NCBI GenBank assembly: GCA_947626095.1
Contig: CANQQV010000007.1
Location: 18,464-82,463 of the forward strand
Origin: an uncultured Bacilli bacterium
GTDB taxonomy: Bacteria > Bacillota_I > Bacilli_A > RF39 > UBA660
DNA: 64,000 nucleotides
Direction of reading: 5' to 3'
Shown here: positions 20,165 to 30,375 of the stretch, one piece after another
Layout of the letters: every line of letters begins with the position of its first letter
How positions within the stretch are numbered: the stretch's first letter is position 1
Notes under the pieces: model-generated
The model's database searches: none
What the model saw: only the letters and a program-made list of their open reading frames with translations
Told to the model about the DNA's origin: nothing
Made by a program: the position numbers and the translations under genes

Positions 20165-20968
20165 TTAACACAATGTTAAATCAGTACACTCATCAGCAAT
20201 AATGTGAGTTTGATTTATAATAAGTGATCTTAATTCTTCATTAGATAATTTTGTTGCATTAGCACTAGTTGCATAAGTAGTATTACGTGCAATTGGTTCA
20301 ATGACAATGCCCAATTTTTCTGCCTTCTTAAGTAGTAAGAATATTTCTTCAGGAACAGCAAAGAATAAATAGTCAGCATTACCAGGGTTATCTTTATCAG
20401 CAAAAACATTATTACCTTTTGCATCCTTAACCGCTAAAACTTCAATTGAAGCATATAATCTACCATATACTATCTTATTTTCATCTTCTTCAACAGTAGA
20501 AGATAAATATAAGTCTATCTTATTTTCTGGCATTATTGAATTTGCCATAATAGTACTACTATTAACCTTTAATTGATAAACTGTATATCCATCTTGAATA
20601 TCAGAGAACATTGAATCAGGCATATCCTCTTCATTCATTAACTGTTCATCATAGAAGAAACTATTTCTAGCTATCTTTCCATCATAAGCAACAACTTTAC
20701 CAATAATAGCATCAGGTTGAGTTACAATATTATCCATATTTGCAATAACATCTTTTGGTAAATCAGCATACCCTATATCATCAGCTGTAATTTTCTTACG
20801 AGCAACTAAAGTATTTTTACAAAAAGGAACTCTTGTAGGTTGAATAGATTGAGTTACTCTCCAACTATATCCTAAATATAAAACAACTAAACCAATTAAC
20901 ACACCTAATATTGTAATTGTATTTTTATTACTTAAAAACTTTTTAAAAGGTACAAGTAAATTTCCCAT
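20165..20968 (-). CDS. cpaB: CpaB/RcpC family protein (SAF domain)
   Basis: N-terminal TM, KITADDI...IIGK SAF-like segment, NSIMPENKIDLY, IEVLAV, LFFAVPEE. Confidence 0.75.
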   Translation of the reverse strand: MGNLLVPFKKFLSNKNTITILGVLIGLVVLYLGYSWRVTQSIQPTRVPFCKNTLVARKKITADDIGYADLPKDVIANMDNIVTQPDAIIGKVVAYDGKIARNSFFYDEQLMNEEDMPDSMFSDIQDGYTVYQLKVNSSTIMANSIMPENKIDLYLSSTVEEDENKIVYGRLYASIEVLAVKDAKGNNVFADKDNPGNADYLFFAVPEEIFLLLKKAEKLGIVIEPIARNTTYATSANATKLSNEELRSLIINQTHIIADECTDLTLC

Positions 20969-20991
20969 TCTTATTCCTCCTTATTTACATC

Positions 20992-21501
20992 CTATGGATA
21001 ATAATCACAATAACTATTATTCATCTTATCAGATACACAATTTAAACCGTCATCATCACAGTCCAAATTTGCTGAATCAAATTCAACGATCAAATCTATT
21101 GAATTAACAACATCTAAATCAGTCATAGCATGTTCTCCTGCCGTTTCCTCAGTATCACGACCAATTATAAAACCAGCAGTTGTTGTTGATATTTTGACAC
21201 TTACTTTAGGAGGAGATTCATATAAATCATAAAATTGAATATTATAACTATCAGTTACTGAAACAGTTTCAGCGAATCTTCTTAGGAAGTTTTCAACGAA
21301 AACTTCCTTTAAGATTCTAACTTGTCCAGTTTGTGAATAATATCTATAATCAATTGCATCATACAATGCACTATTTGCTACTTCTTTCAATTGATAATAA
21401 TCTTGAGTATTAGATGTCGTAGCATCATTTGTTAACATCATAACTGATGCTATAAAGATACCAAGAATTATAAACCAATAGCCCCAGTAGGATTCTTTCA
21501 T
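20992..21501 (-). CDS. DUF5411-like pseudopilin (TadG/E role)
   Basis: MKESYWGYWF plus TM; DYYQLKEV...YDAID, FVENFLRRFAE, ESPPKVSV. Confidence 0.6.
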   Translation of the reverse strand: MKESYWGYWFIILGIFIASVMMLTNDATTSNTQDYYQLKEVANSALYDAIDYRYYSQTGQVRILKEVFVENFLRRFAETVSVTDSYNIQFYDLYESPPKVSVKISTTTAGFIIGRDTEETAGEHAMTDLDVVNSIDLIVEFDSANLDCDDDGLNCVSDKMNNSYCDYYP

Positions 21502-21517
21502 ATGTTCTCACTCCTTT

Positions 21518-24500
21518 CTATTTAAATGCCAATCTATAATATTGTGTACTTTCAACAGGTTCCCATATGTTCTTAGCGGTTCCTGTTTCAATATAATCTA
21601 TCCAACGACAGTTACCTGAAGCAATTTTGTTCTTCAATTCTTCCTTAGCAGAATCTGAATTAGAAGAAACTATTTCACAAACATTATTTTCACTTCTCAT
21701 ATTACTTAAATTATTTGTTCCAGCAGAAGCACCTGTTGAACTAAATAAGTCATTAAAGTTCTCTAAGAAATTACTTCCATAATGACCAAAGTTAGCAATG
21801 TAATTGTTCATATCATCTTCTTGATCACTAGTTGCAAACCAAGAACAACTTGAAGGATCATCACAAGAACCTAATGGTTGAATAGAAGCACGACCATAAA
21901 TAGTCAAGTTATCGAAATTAACTTCATAACCATATCTATCATTATAATCTCTTATAGCAGCTAAAGTTGTAGGTCTAAGTTCAAATGAATACTCTGGAGT
22001 AGTACCACCATCATTCAAATAAACTTTTTCACCTTGTTCTTCAATTTCCTTCAAGGCAACTTCACCTTTATTAGTAATTAACTTATTACCGCCATAATAG
22101 AATACACCCCTATTAGTCCAGTTATTTCCAAGTTCTCTATCTGTAGGACTATTCAAGTCAGATAACGCTACAGTAGTTGTATATAGTCCAAGTGTACCTC
22201 TAGCTTTATCATACTCAGTTTCCCTATTGAAATCATAATCAAATCCAACAGAACTTGCAAACTCTTGCGCAGTTGTCTCAGTTTCAGAAGTATAAGTAAC
22301 AATTGGATCACCACAACATAAGCAAATATCTTCAACTACCTCATAGAAACACGTTCGTTTATTTTGTGGAATCAATGCCTCTGCATCACCCATGACTCGA
22401 CCGAGCTGTCCATCACTATAACTACCAATTTGTGTAAACTGATAAGTATATCTATATAAGTTTCGTGCCGTAGTCATACTTACTGGGAAGATATTTAAAT
22501 TACCTTCAATATCTCTATCATCACCAGTCATCGTACCACTGAATACCGACCAACCTTTTTTAGCCTTATCGGAGCGATCAGTATAACTAGGTCCGCCTTC
22601 ACGTTTAGCAGCATTATCCCATGCATCCTCTAAATCATCACCATGTTCACGCGTATCATTTGGTCCAGTATACCAAATACCTTTATTTCGATAGAAACTA
22701 CTATTAGTAATCGAAGCTTTAATATAATGAGCTTTAAAATAAGAAACATTAAAGCTATAACATTTTCCACCTTCCCATCGTGGAACACGCTCAGAAATTT
22801 GGAAAGTATAAGCATCACCATTCTTATTATATCCAGTTCCAGTACCAGCAATTTCTCGACCAATAGAACATAAAGTTATAAGTTTAGTTACTACATGTTC
22901 TGAACCAGCATTATTTTTGATAGAAAGTGGCTTATTATCTTTATAAAATTCAGTACCTTCACCATACTTTTTGATTAAATCATCATCCATCCAAGGTCCA
23001 TCTTCAGGGTCATAATAAGCAAATTCAAGATAGTTTCTTGCCAGTTTAACTGGTGTATCAGGTGTTTCTTCACAAGCTTCTTCACCAACCGCCAGTTCAC
23101 AAGGATCTGTAAATCCAACATAAGCATCTACCATCTTATTTGTACTCTTATTAAATCCTTCAGTAATACCCTCTTTTAAGAAGAATTTATCATTTAACTG
23201 ATCATATTGAATTAAAATATTATCATCTTGCAATATAGTCATATAAAGTTTTTCATCATAATCATAAGAAACAAAAGGTTCAAACATTGTTAAGATTTGC
23301 ATGAATGTCTTTGTACCAGTAAATGATGATTTATCAGTACTAGCTGGATTATTCGCTTTACCATTAGCATCATCGGTAGCATTATTTAATTCAAAGTGTT
23401 GACAATTCCAGAATTGTTCATACTTATTATTAATTATGTTCGCCGCACTAGTCATCTTCTGATAAGCAGGGCTCATTATAGCTTCACTTGCTGCTTTCAT
23501 TTTATCAGAAAGATTCGTAAATGCAGTTTGCTTATTGGTATCAGTATTACCAAGATAACATCCATCAGCAGAAGTTGTTGGATTTTCCCCAGCTGTTTGA
23601 CCATCATAACCAGCAGAAGTAGGTTTTGATGTAAATGTACAAGCAGTTCCAGATACCTTATCTTGCGAATAATCAGGTTTAGTAGGCGTTTTAACTGGAT
23701 CGGAAGTAACATTATCAGTTACAGTGTAATTATTGTATGATCCTTGTCTTTCATCTCCATCACCTTGGAACTTCATATTCAATGATAATTCATAATGGCC
23801 ATATCGAGTTGTATCGTTATTATCAGATCTTATATTTTGAAGCGTACATTCCCAGTCACTATCTTCAGATTCATCTTCCTCTGTATCTTCATCATCTTCA
23901 ACTTCATTATAAGTCCATTGTAAACATCCTGAATCAGGAACAAACACTAATTTATCAGATGTATAATCTTGATCATCTATATCCGTATAAGCATGCGAAG
24001 CATTACTATATGTATTATAGTTATTAACCATTATTTTAGACTGTTCAACCAAATCTCTCATAAATAAGTCATAATCAAGATACGTAGTATAACATGTACG
24101 ACCACCTTGAATAAATAAATTATTATTAGCATTTTGGAAGAATTTACCAGCTAAAACAGCATTTTTACCAACGAAGTTACCAAATGCTTCCATTGTAATT
24201 ACCCAGTCTTCACGACATGATACTTGACAATATTCATTACCTTGATAAGATGCAACCATTATCGAATTACCACGATCATCTTCTTTTTGATATACTGAAA
24301 GATCTCTCTCTGCATCTACATCAGCTGCATAATTATCTTTAACATTAACAACACAAGTACCTATTGCTTCCGTGTACTTCTCCTCTGTACCAGTATAATA
24401 AGCACCTTCCTTTACCTCATATAAATCAGGTGAGCCAGCATAATCAGCTCTATAGCTACATACACTAGACATTGTTGAAACAGAGCAATCTCCATTACAA

Positions 24501-27370
24501 ACGTTTTTCATAACATATTGATATGAAACCTCGTCTAAAACATTACTACAGCATCCAGATGCTTTAAACAATGATTTATTGAATGATGATGGGCAATGAT
24601 CTTCATCAGTACATTGTGTATAATCTAAACTTTCAAGTTTAGAACATATTGAAGGTCCACCATCTATATTAAAGTAAATAAATGTTGAATCACTATTTAA
24701 ATCAAAGACAAGCATTCTTTGCTTAGAAGCACTACCAGCATATGGATTTCCTATACGTATACTTGAATAGTCAATACCACCTTCATACTTAATTTCTAAA
24801 GCATATTGTTCTTCTTCTTGTCTATTTTTAGGTAATGTAACAGCTTTAGCATCAGTAACTTCTATTTTTACTTCATAATCATATACTTCTTGTAATGGAT
24901 CGGTTGTAGATTTATCGGTATTTTTTTCCATCTTAACTAAAGTACCTTTAACTCCTTGAACAACACCAGTATCATCGTCAGGATGTGGAAGATATTGATA
25001 ATTAGAAGTATTACCCATAGTTAATCGTGTATTGACAGGCAATGTCATAGTTCCTTTGTAAACAATCGTATAACTATTTCCATCATCACCAAAAGTTATA
25101 TCTTTACTATCAATTGTTCTTTGGAAGGCACCACCTTCTTCAAATTTATAATTTTTGTATTTAATAAACATTTCAATTAAATAAGTACGAGCCTGTGGAC
25201 TTTCAGTAACACCAAATGCATCAACAGCTGAAGTTATAGCGCTTTTAAATTCACTATTGTCTTCAAGCATATTGCCATTAGCATCTTGGTAAGCAGGATT
25301 TTCATAAATTTCCTTTAGTTTTTGGGCTAATTCTTCATAAGATAGATAGTGTTCATAATAAGCTTGATCACTATATTCTGTAACACCACTATATCCATTT
25401 ATTAAAACAACAGTACGAATAGCAACGTGTGCTGCTAATCTAACTGGATCAGTAACAGTGTCAAAATCAGCCTTACTAGAATGCTTATTAATATAGTCAA
25501 TAATTACACCAATCATTTTACCTAAGTCAGAATCTTGATTAACATGTTCAGTTATATCATATTTATCGTCAGAAGGCCCCACACGACCAGGATCCATACA
25601 TAAAGCAAAATACTTAATGCTTTCATTATCAACACATCTAGCAATATAGTTATTACTATTTAAGTCATCATTAATTCCAGTTCTAACAGTATGACCTTCT
25701 GAATCTGTTTGTGCTTTTATTTTAACTACATCACACATTTTATGTTCAAAGTCATTCAAGGCATAAGAGTTGTTTTCACCAGAAACGATATTTGCATCAA
25801 CATCAATTACAAATGAACCGTCACCAGCTTCAGAATTAACTCCAATATCTCGTACTTCAAATTTATAAACAAGATTTCTGGTTTCACCATCTTCTTGAAC
25901 TGTAACATTAACATCAATATATTCACCAGAACCAGTAGGTGAATTACCAGCAACAAAACATTGGTTATTTATGAAACTAGCATCTAAGTTAGTAGCCGTT
26001 CCACTCTTAGCACAACCAACCATTCCTGGAACAGATAAGTAAGTATGCTGACCAACATAAACTGATTTATATCTATCTCTTTCTCTTACAGTTCTTTTAT
26101 ATTGTGCTGCATAATACGCACCTTCAGTCACCGAGACTGGTCTACCTGGTTCAAGAAGCTCTCCAGAACCATTTTTTAACCAACCAAGGAATTCAGTATC
26201 TTGACCAAGTACAGTACTATTGTTTACAACATTTGGTAAAGTAAATGTACTTCCTGTACCTCTACAGAAATATTCACCATTATCAGTTTGCGTACATTGA
26301 CTTGTATCAGATAATTCAAAAGGTGTATTAATATTTGTTAATCTAACACCATCAGAATATACATAACAAGCTACATATATACCACTATCAGGTGCAACAG
26401 AAGCGCCAGGAGCAACAACCGTTTTTCCACCTTCTGCACATTCACCTACATGCTGATAAGCAGGATCGTTTCTATTTCTTCCATCAGGAACCTTTGTCCA
26501 ACCTCTAAATTCTATAGGTAAAGGTGAAGAATTCGGAGAACAGCTAGGTAACGTAACATTTCCACTTGTTACACTTACATAATAGTTGTGAGTACTACCA
26601 AACGATACAGCTCGCCAATTCGAATCAAAACTACAAGTACCATAACCACCTGGATAAGCATTAACACCACCTGTATAACTTATTTGAAAATCTAATGTTA
26701 CTGATTTTTCATCAATACCATCAGCAGTAAATACAGCTTGAGTTTGAGCCGTAAAATTTTGGCCTTGATTTAATGCTGCATCTGTAGGTGTGACAACACA
26801 AACAGTATCACCAGGGCACCCACTCCAATCAACATATCTTTCACTATTAGAATCTTTAGTTAAAGACTTAATTCTTACATTTCTTACATTAAATCTAACT
26901 GCTATTAAATTAGCAATATTTTGACTAGGTTTATTGACCACTTCACCATTTATACTACCATTAAGTGGTACAGTTATTCTAGTAGGATCATTTGGTTCAT
27001 AATGATAATGATAAGTACGATGACTACCTTCATGTTCATAAGCAGGATTAGTTCTTTCACCACTCCAAGAACATGTTACATAATCATCAATAACAACTCC
27101 AGAAGGCTCAATAAGATTCCTAATTACAAAAGCATAATACGATTCTCCACCAACCGTATAATTTTCTCTTTGTATTACTAATGCCTTCAATCGTCCATCC
27201 GGAACTAAATCTGGATCTGGAACACATTCAAGGTCTATATATCTTTCAGAGCTTAATTTTACACCACTGCCATTAAATGAAAAATCATCTGTGGCCATAG
27301 CTGGACCAATAGCTACTACAAAAGAAATTATTATAAATAGGATATATTTTCTAATATTACTAATCTTCAT
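21518..27370 (-). CDS. Giant secreted Cys-rich adhesin-like protein (1950 aa)
   Basis: Signal peptide (AMA|T), two InlB B-repeat-like segments (TLP...FxGW), TED-like FALCMDPG, many Cys, no C-terminal anchor. Confidence 0.65.
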   Translation of the reverse strand: MKISNIRKYILFIIISFVVAIGPAMATDDFSFNGSGVKLSSERYIDLECVPDPDLVPDGRLKALVIQRENYTVGGESYYAFVIRNLIEPSGVVIDDYVTCSWSGERTNPAYEHEGSHRTYHYHYEPNDPTRITVPLNGSINGEVVNKPSQNIANLIAVRFNVRNVRIKSLTKDSNSERYVDWSGCPGDTVCVVTPTDAALNQGQNFTAQTQAVFTADGIDEKSVTLDFQISYTGGVNAYPGGYGTCSFDSNWRAVSFGSTHNYYVSVTSGNVTLPSCSPNSSPLPIEFRGWTKVPDGRNRNDPAYQHVGECAEGGKTVVAPGASVAPDSGIYVACYVYSDGVRLTNINTPFELSDTSQCTQTDNGEYFCRGTGSTFTLPNVVNNSTVLGQDTEFLGWLKNGSGELLEPGRPVSVTEGAYYAAQYKRTVRERDRYKSVYVGQHTYLSVPGMVGCAKSGTATNLDASFINNQCFVAGNSPTGSGEYIDVNVTVQEDGETRNLVYKFEVRDIGVNSEAGDGSFVIDVDANIVSGENNSYALNDFEHKMCDVVKIKAQTDSEGHTVRTGINDDLNSNNYIARCVDNESIKYFALCMDPGRVGPSDDKYDITEHVNQDSDLGKMIGVIIDYINKHSSKADFDTVTDPVRLAAHVAIRTVVLINGYSGVTEYSDQAYYEHYLSYEELAQKLKEIYENPAYQDANGNMLEDNSEFKSAITSAVDAFGVTESPQARTYLIEMFIKYKNYKFEEGGAFQRTIDSKDITFGDDGNSYTIVYKGTMTLPVNTRLTMGNTSNYQYLPHPDDDTGVVQGVKGTLVKMEKNTDKSTTDPLQEVYDYEVKIEVTDAKAVTLPKNRQEEEQYALEIKYEGGIDYSSIRIGNPYAGSASKQRMLVFDLNSDSTFIYFNIDGGPSICSKLESLDYTQCTDEDHCPSSFNKSLFKASGCCSNVLDEVSYQYVMKNVCNGDCSVSTMSSVCSYRADYAGSPDLYEVKEGAYYTGTEEKYTEAIGTCVVNVKDNYAADVDAERDLSVYQKEDDRGNSIMVASYQGNEYCQVSCREDWVITMEAFGNFVGKNAVLAGKFFQNANNNLFIQGGRTCYTTYLDYDLFMRDLVEQSKIMVNNYNTYSNASHAYTDIDDQDYTSDKLVFVPDSGCLQWTYNEVEDDEDTEEDESEDSDWECTLQNIRSDNNDTTRYGHYELSLNMKFQGDGDERQGSYNNYTVTDNVTSDPVKTPTKPDYSQDKVSGTACTFTSKPTSAGYDGQTAGENPTTSADGCYLGNTDTNKQTAFTNLSDKMKAASEAIMSPAYQKMTSAANIINNKYEQFWNCQHFELNNATDDANGKANNPASTDKSSFTGTKTFMQILTMFEPFVSYDYDEKLYMTILQDDNILIQYDQLNDKFFLKEGITEGFNKSTNKMVDAYVGFTDPCELAVGEEACEETPDTPVKLARNYLEFAYYDPEDGPWMDDDLIKKYGEGTEFYKDNKPLSIKNNAGSEHVVTKLITLCSIGREIAGTGTGYNKNGDAYTFQISERVPRWEGGKCYSFNVSYFKAHYIKASITNSSFYRNKGIWYTGPNDTREHGDDLEDAWDNAAKREGGPSYTDRSDKAKKGWSVFSGTMTGDDRDIEGNLNIFPVSMTTARNLYRYTYQFTQIGSYSDGQLGRVMGDAEALIPQNKRTCFYEVVEDICLCCGDPIVTYTSETETTAQEFASSVGFDYDFNRETEYDKARGTLGLYTTTVALSDLNSPTDRELGNNWTNRGVFYYGGNKLITNKGEVALKEIEEQGEKVYLNDGGTTPEYSFELRPTTLAAIRDYNDRYGYEVNFDNLTIYGRASIQPLGSCDDPSSCSWFATSDQEDDMNNYIANFGHYGSNFLENFNDLFSSTGASAGTNNLSNMRSENNVCEIVSSNSDSAKEELKNKIASGNCRWIDYIETGTAKNIWEPVESTQYYRLAFK

Positions 27371-28116
27371 TATAAAACACTCTTCTTTCTTTTAACTATT
27401 ATCACAGTTATAACAACCCCGATTGCTACTATAATACCAACAATCAAAAATCTATATTTAGATATACTACTAACTACTTTATTAACGTTGTTCTCGGTTT
27501 TATTTTTGTTAGCTTCATCAATATTTCCATTAGCTAGTTGCTCTTTATAATCATTTATCCTATCATATACCGTTGCACTATCTATTGAATAACTTGTATA
27601 TTGCGTACATAGATAATAATCAGGAACATCCGAACATATATCCAATTCAGAATATATATTAAATTTAGGAACTGTTAACTTCGTTGTCCTTAACGTCCTA
27701 CCAGCACATGCTCCATACAATGAATATATTTCAAACTGATAATCTACATTAGCATTTAAAGCCTCTTGCTTTAATGAAATTATTCCATCTTGATTAACAT
27801 GTGTAGGGCCAAATACTTGAGGGTTTCCGCTTATTCCTTTACCCTGAGGAATAACTCTAACAGCCATCCTATCATTGATATTAAATATTTGGAGATATAC
27901 ATAATGTTTTTTCAAACTTGCGGCTCCAATTTCTGGATCCTCATCAACAGTAACTACTTCATCTCCCGTTACGTAAGTTACCTTAACGTTCGCTGCTTCA
28001 CTTCTTAATTCACTTAGAAGTGTACTAGCACAAACGCCATCTTCCTCTGCTTGTACTTTAACTGTGACAAATAAAGCACATGCAGTCATTAATACAATTA
28101 AAAATTTTTTCATCAT
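27370..28116 (-). CDS. Secreted protein with C-terminal TM anchor; first gene of the Tad operon
   Basis: Signal peptide (VQA|E), Cys motifs, C-terminal TM plus KRKK; TAATG coupling with the next gene. Confidence 0.7.
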   Translation of the reverse strand: MMKKFLIVLMTACALFVTVKVQAEEDGVCASTLLSELRSEAANVKVTYVTGDEVVTVDEDPEIGAASLKKHYVYLQIFNINDRMAVRVIPQGKGISGNPQVFGPTHVNQDGIISLKQEALNANVDYQFEIYSLYGACAGRTLRTTKLTVPKFNIYSELDICSDVPDYYLCTQYTSYSIDSATVYDRINDYKEQLANGNIDEANKNKTENNVNKVVSSISKYRFLIVGIIVAIGVVITVIIVKRKKSVL

Positions 28117-28225
28117 AAAGCACCAACCTTATTTTCTAAATATAATTTTACCATTAACAATTTAAAATAACAATATTAAATTGAAGAATAATGATGATTA
28201 TGATATATTATTAATGGTGATTTTA

Positions 28226-28678
28226 ATGAAGAAAAAAGTTTTAAAAATAGCAGGATTCCTTATAGTAATAGGAGCTATTATAGGTATTCTATATGCTAGT
28301 ATTGTTTTAAAAGGTCAAGAAAATGATTTAGATAAACATTTAGTTGAATTAACCTTCAGTGAAGTTCAAGAAAAAATTAATAATAAGGAATCATTTATTC
28401 TTTTATTTTCCAAGACCGATTGCTCACATTGTGCAGCATTCAAGCCTCCATTTAAACAGGTTTTAGCTAAATATGATATAACTGCCTATGAATTAAAAGT
28501 TGATTTACTATCAAAAGATGAGAAAAAAGAATTATCAACTATTGCTAACTTTTCTGGTACTCCTACTACAATCTTTATTGTTGATGGCGAAGAAAAAAGT
28601 ACTTCAACTCGTTTAATTGGCGAATCAAACGAAGAAAAGATAGAATCAAGATTAAGAGCATTAGGATACATTAAATAA
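28226..28678 (+). CDS. Membrane-anchored thioredoxin-fold thiol-disulfide oxidoreductase
   Basis: N-terminal TM, CSHC, GTPT cis-Pro loop; RBS GGTGA before ATG 28226. Confidence 0.8.
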   Translation: MKKKVLKIAGFLIVIGAIIGILYASIVLKGQENDLDKHLVELTFSEVQEKINNKESFILLFSKTDCSHCAAFKPPFKQVLAKYDITAYELKVDLLSKDEKKELSTIANFSGTPTTIFIVDGEEKSTSTRLIGESNEEKIESRLRALGYIK

Positions 28679-28698
28679 AAGAATAAAAGGTGATTAAT

Positions 28699-29397
28699 AT
28701 GAAAAAGTTACAAATTAATCCAAAAGAACTACTAAAAAGTATAGGCATCTTATGTCTATACTTTTTATTGCAGTTTATTTTGACAATTATCTACTATTTA
28801 CTTACTGAATTAAAGATTTTACCTTTTTCCGAAAGTATTGGTAACTTCTTTATTTACATCTTCCTTGCTTCAATTATCTCTCTTACATATATCAAAACTT
28901 TAATTAAAGATTTTAAAGACTTTAAAAAGAATTATAAAACCATTTTAAAAATATCATTTAATTATTGGTTAAAAGGCCTATTTATTTCATATATTGGTAG
29001 CTTATTAATTATGATGTTTAAACTCGAAGAAGTAAATAATCAAACAGCTGTCATCTCTATTCTTAAAGAAAACTTCTTCTTAACTTCTTTTATGACTATC
29101 ATTCTTGCTCCTTTAACTGAAGAATTATTCTTTAGAAGAGGTTTAAGAAAATTTACCGAAAACAAACATCTTTATGCCTTTACTTCTGGTTTACTATTCG
29201 GTGGTATTCATATAATTTCTTCTATTAATGGTTTTAGTGACCTACCAATGTTACTTTATTTAATTCCTTATAGTTCATTAGGTGTAGCCTTTGGTTATGC
29301 TTATTATAAAACCGATAACATCTATGGCTCAATGACGATACATGCTATCCATAATGCTATAAGTATTATTCTTATGATCTTAGGAGGTAATTTATGA
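28699..29397 (+). CDS. CPBP (CAAX/Abi) intramembrane glutamic protease
   Basis: APLTEELFFRR, FGGIH, HAIHN. Confidence 0.88.
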   Translation: MKKLQINPKELLKSIGILCLYFLLQFILTIIYYLLTELKILPFSESIGNFFIYIFLASIISLTYIKTLIKDFKDFKKNYKTILKISFNYWLKGLFISYIGSLLIMMFKLEEVNNQTAVISILKENFFLTSFMTIILAPLTEELFFRRGLRKFTENKHLYAFTSGLLFGGIHIISSINGFSDLPMLLYLIPYSSLGVAFGYAYYKTDNIYGSMTIHAIHNAISIILMILGGNL

Positions 29398-30365
29398 GTG
29401 AAGATAAAGATAAACGTATGAGTAGATACGAAAAAAAAGATCAAGATAAAATCAAAGAAATTGAAACAACGAAAAAGGAAGAACAAGAAACACCTGAAGA
29501 AGAACATCACAAACTACTCGATTCTAAACCCAAAAAAGTATTCTTTGCTATTATCTTATTCCTTATTATTATATGCATTTATGCTTCTACTTTTGGTGTT
29601 TCAATAATTGATGTTAAAGAATCTAAAGTCGAATCTAATCTATTACCTGATTCATTTCATGGTCTAAAGATTGTTCATTTTTCTGATTTACACTACGGTA
29701 CTAGTATTAATAAAAAACAATTAGATCGTGTTATCAAAAAAATAAACCAAATAAATCCTGATATTATCTTCTTTACTGGTGATCTAGTTGATAAAAATAT
29801 CGTTATTACTGATACTATTAAACAAGAAATAATAACTTCCTTAAACCAATTAAATAAAGACACTTATAAATACGCTATATATGGTAATGAAGACGATAAT
29901 ACCTATAAAGAAATAATTGAATCAACTAATTTTACGCTTTTAGATAACGAATCAACCTTATTATATTATAAAGATATAACACCAATAATGATAACTGGCT
30001 TTAATTCTAATACTAAACCCGATTATACAATCTTAACTAATAATATTGATGACGTTGATACCTCATCATTATATAAAGTAGTCTTAATCCACGAACCAGA
30101 TACCATCGATAACTTCACCGATTATAATCCTAACCTTGTCTTATCTGGTCATTCCTTAGGTGGTTTAATCAATCTACCATTAATCAAATCATTATTTCTA
30201 CCAGCTAATGGAAAAAAATATTATAAAGACTATTATAATATCAACGACATTGATTTCTATATATCTAATGGCTTAGGAACAACTGGTATTAAAGCTCGTT
30301 TAAATAATCATCCATCTATTAATTTCTATCGCTTATATAAAACAGAAGAAGTACTAAATTCATAG
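29394..30365 (+). CDS. Membrane-anchored metallophosphoesterase (YkuE-like)
   Basis: SDLH, GDLVD, GNED, HEPD, SGHS, SNGLG. Confidence 0.82.
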   Translation: MSEDKDKRMSRYEKKDQDKIKEIETTKKEEQETPEEEHHKLLDSKPKKVFFAIILFLIIICIYASTFGVSIIDVKESKVESNLLPDSFHGLKIVHFSDLHYGTSINKKQLDRVIKKINQINPDIIFFTGDLVDKNIVITDTIKQEIITSLNQLNKDTYKYAIYGNEDDNTYKEIIESTNFTLLDNESTLLYYKDITPIMITGFNSNTKPDYTILTNNIDDVDTSSLYKVVLIHEPDTIDNFTDYNPNLVLSGHSLGGLINLPLIKSLFLPANGKKYYKDYYNINDIDFYISNGLGTTGIKARLNNHPSINFYRLYKTEEVLNS

Positions 30366-30375
30366 TACTTCTTTT
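30347..30375 (+). terminator. Terminator between convergent genes
   Basis: AGAAGTACTA/TAGTACTTCT inverted repeat followed by TTT. Confidence 0.55.

Noticed and set aside
28699-29397. CPBP protease as the missing prepilin peptidase
   Set aside because: The pilins show no leader to remove, CPBP genes are ubiquitous, and proximity is the only evidence.
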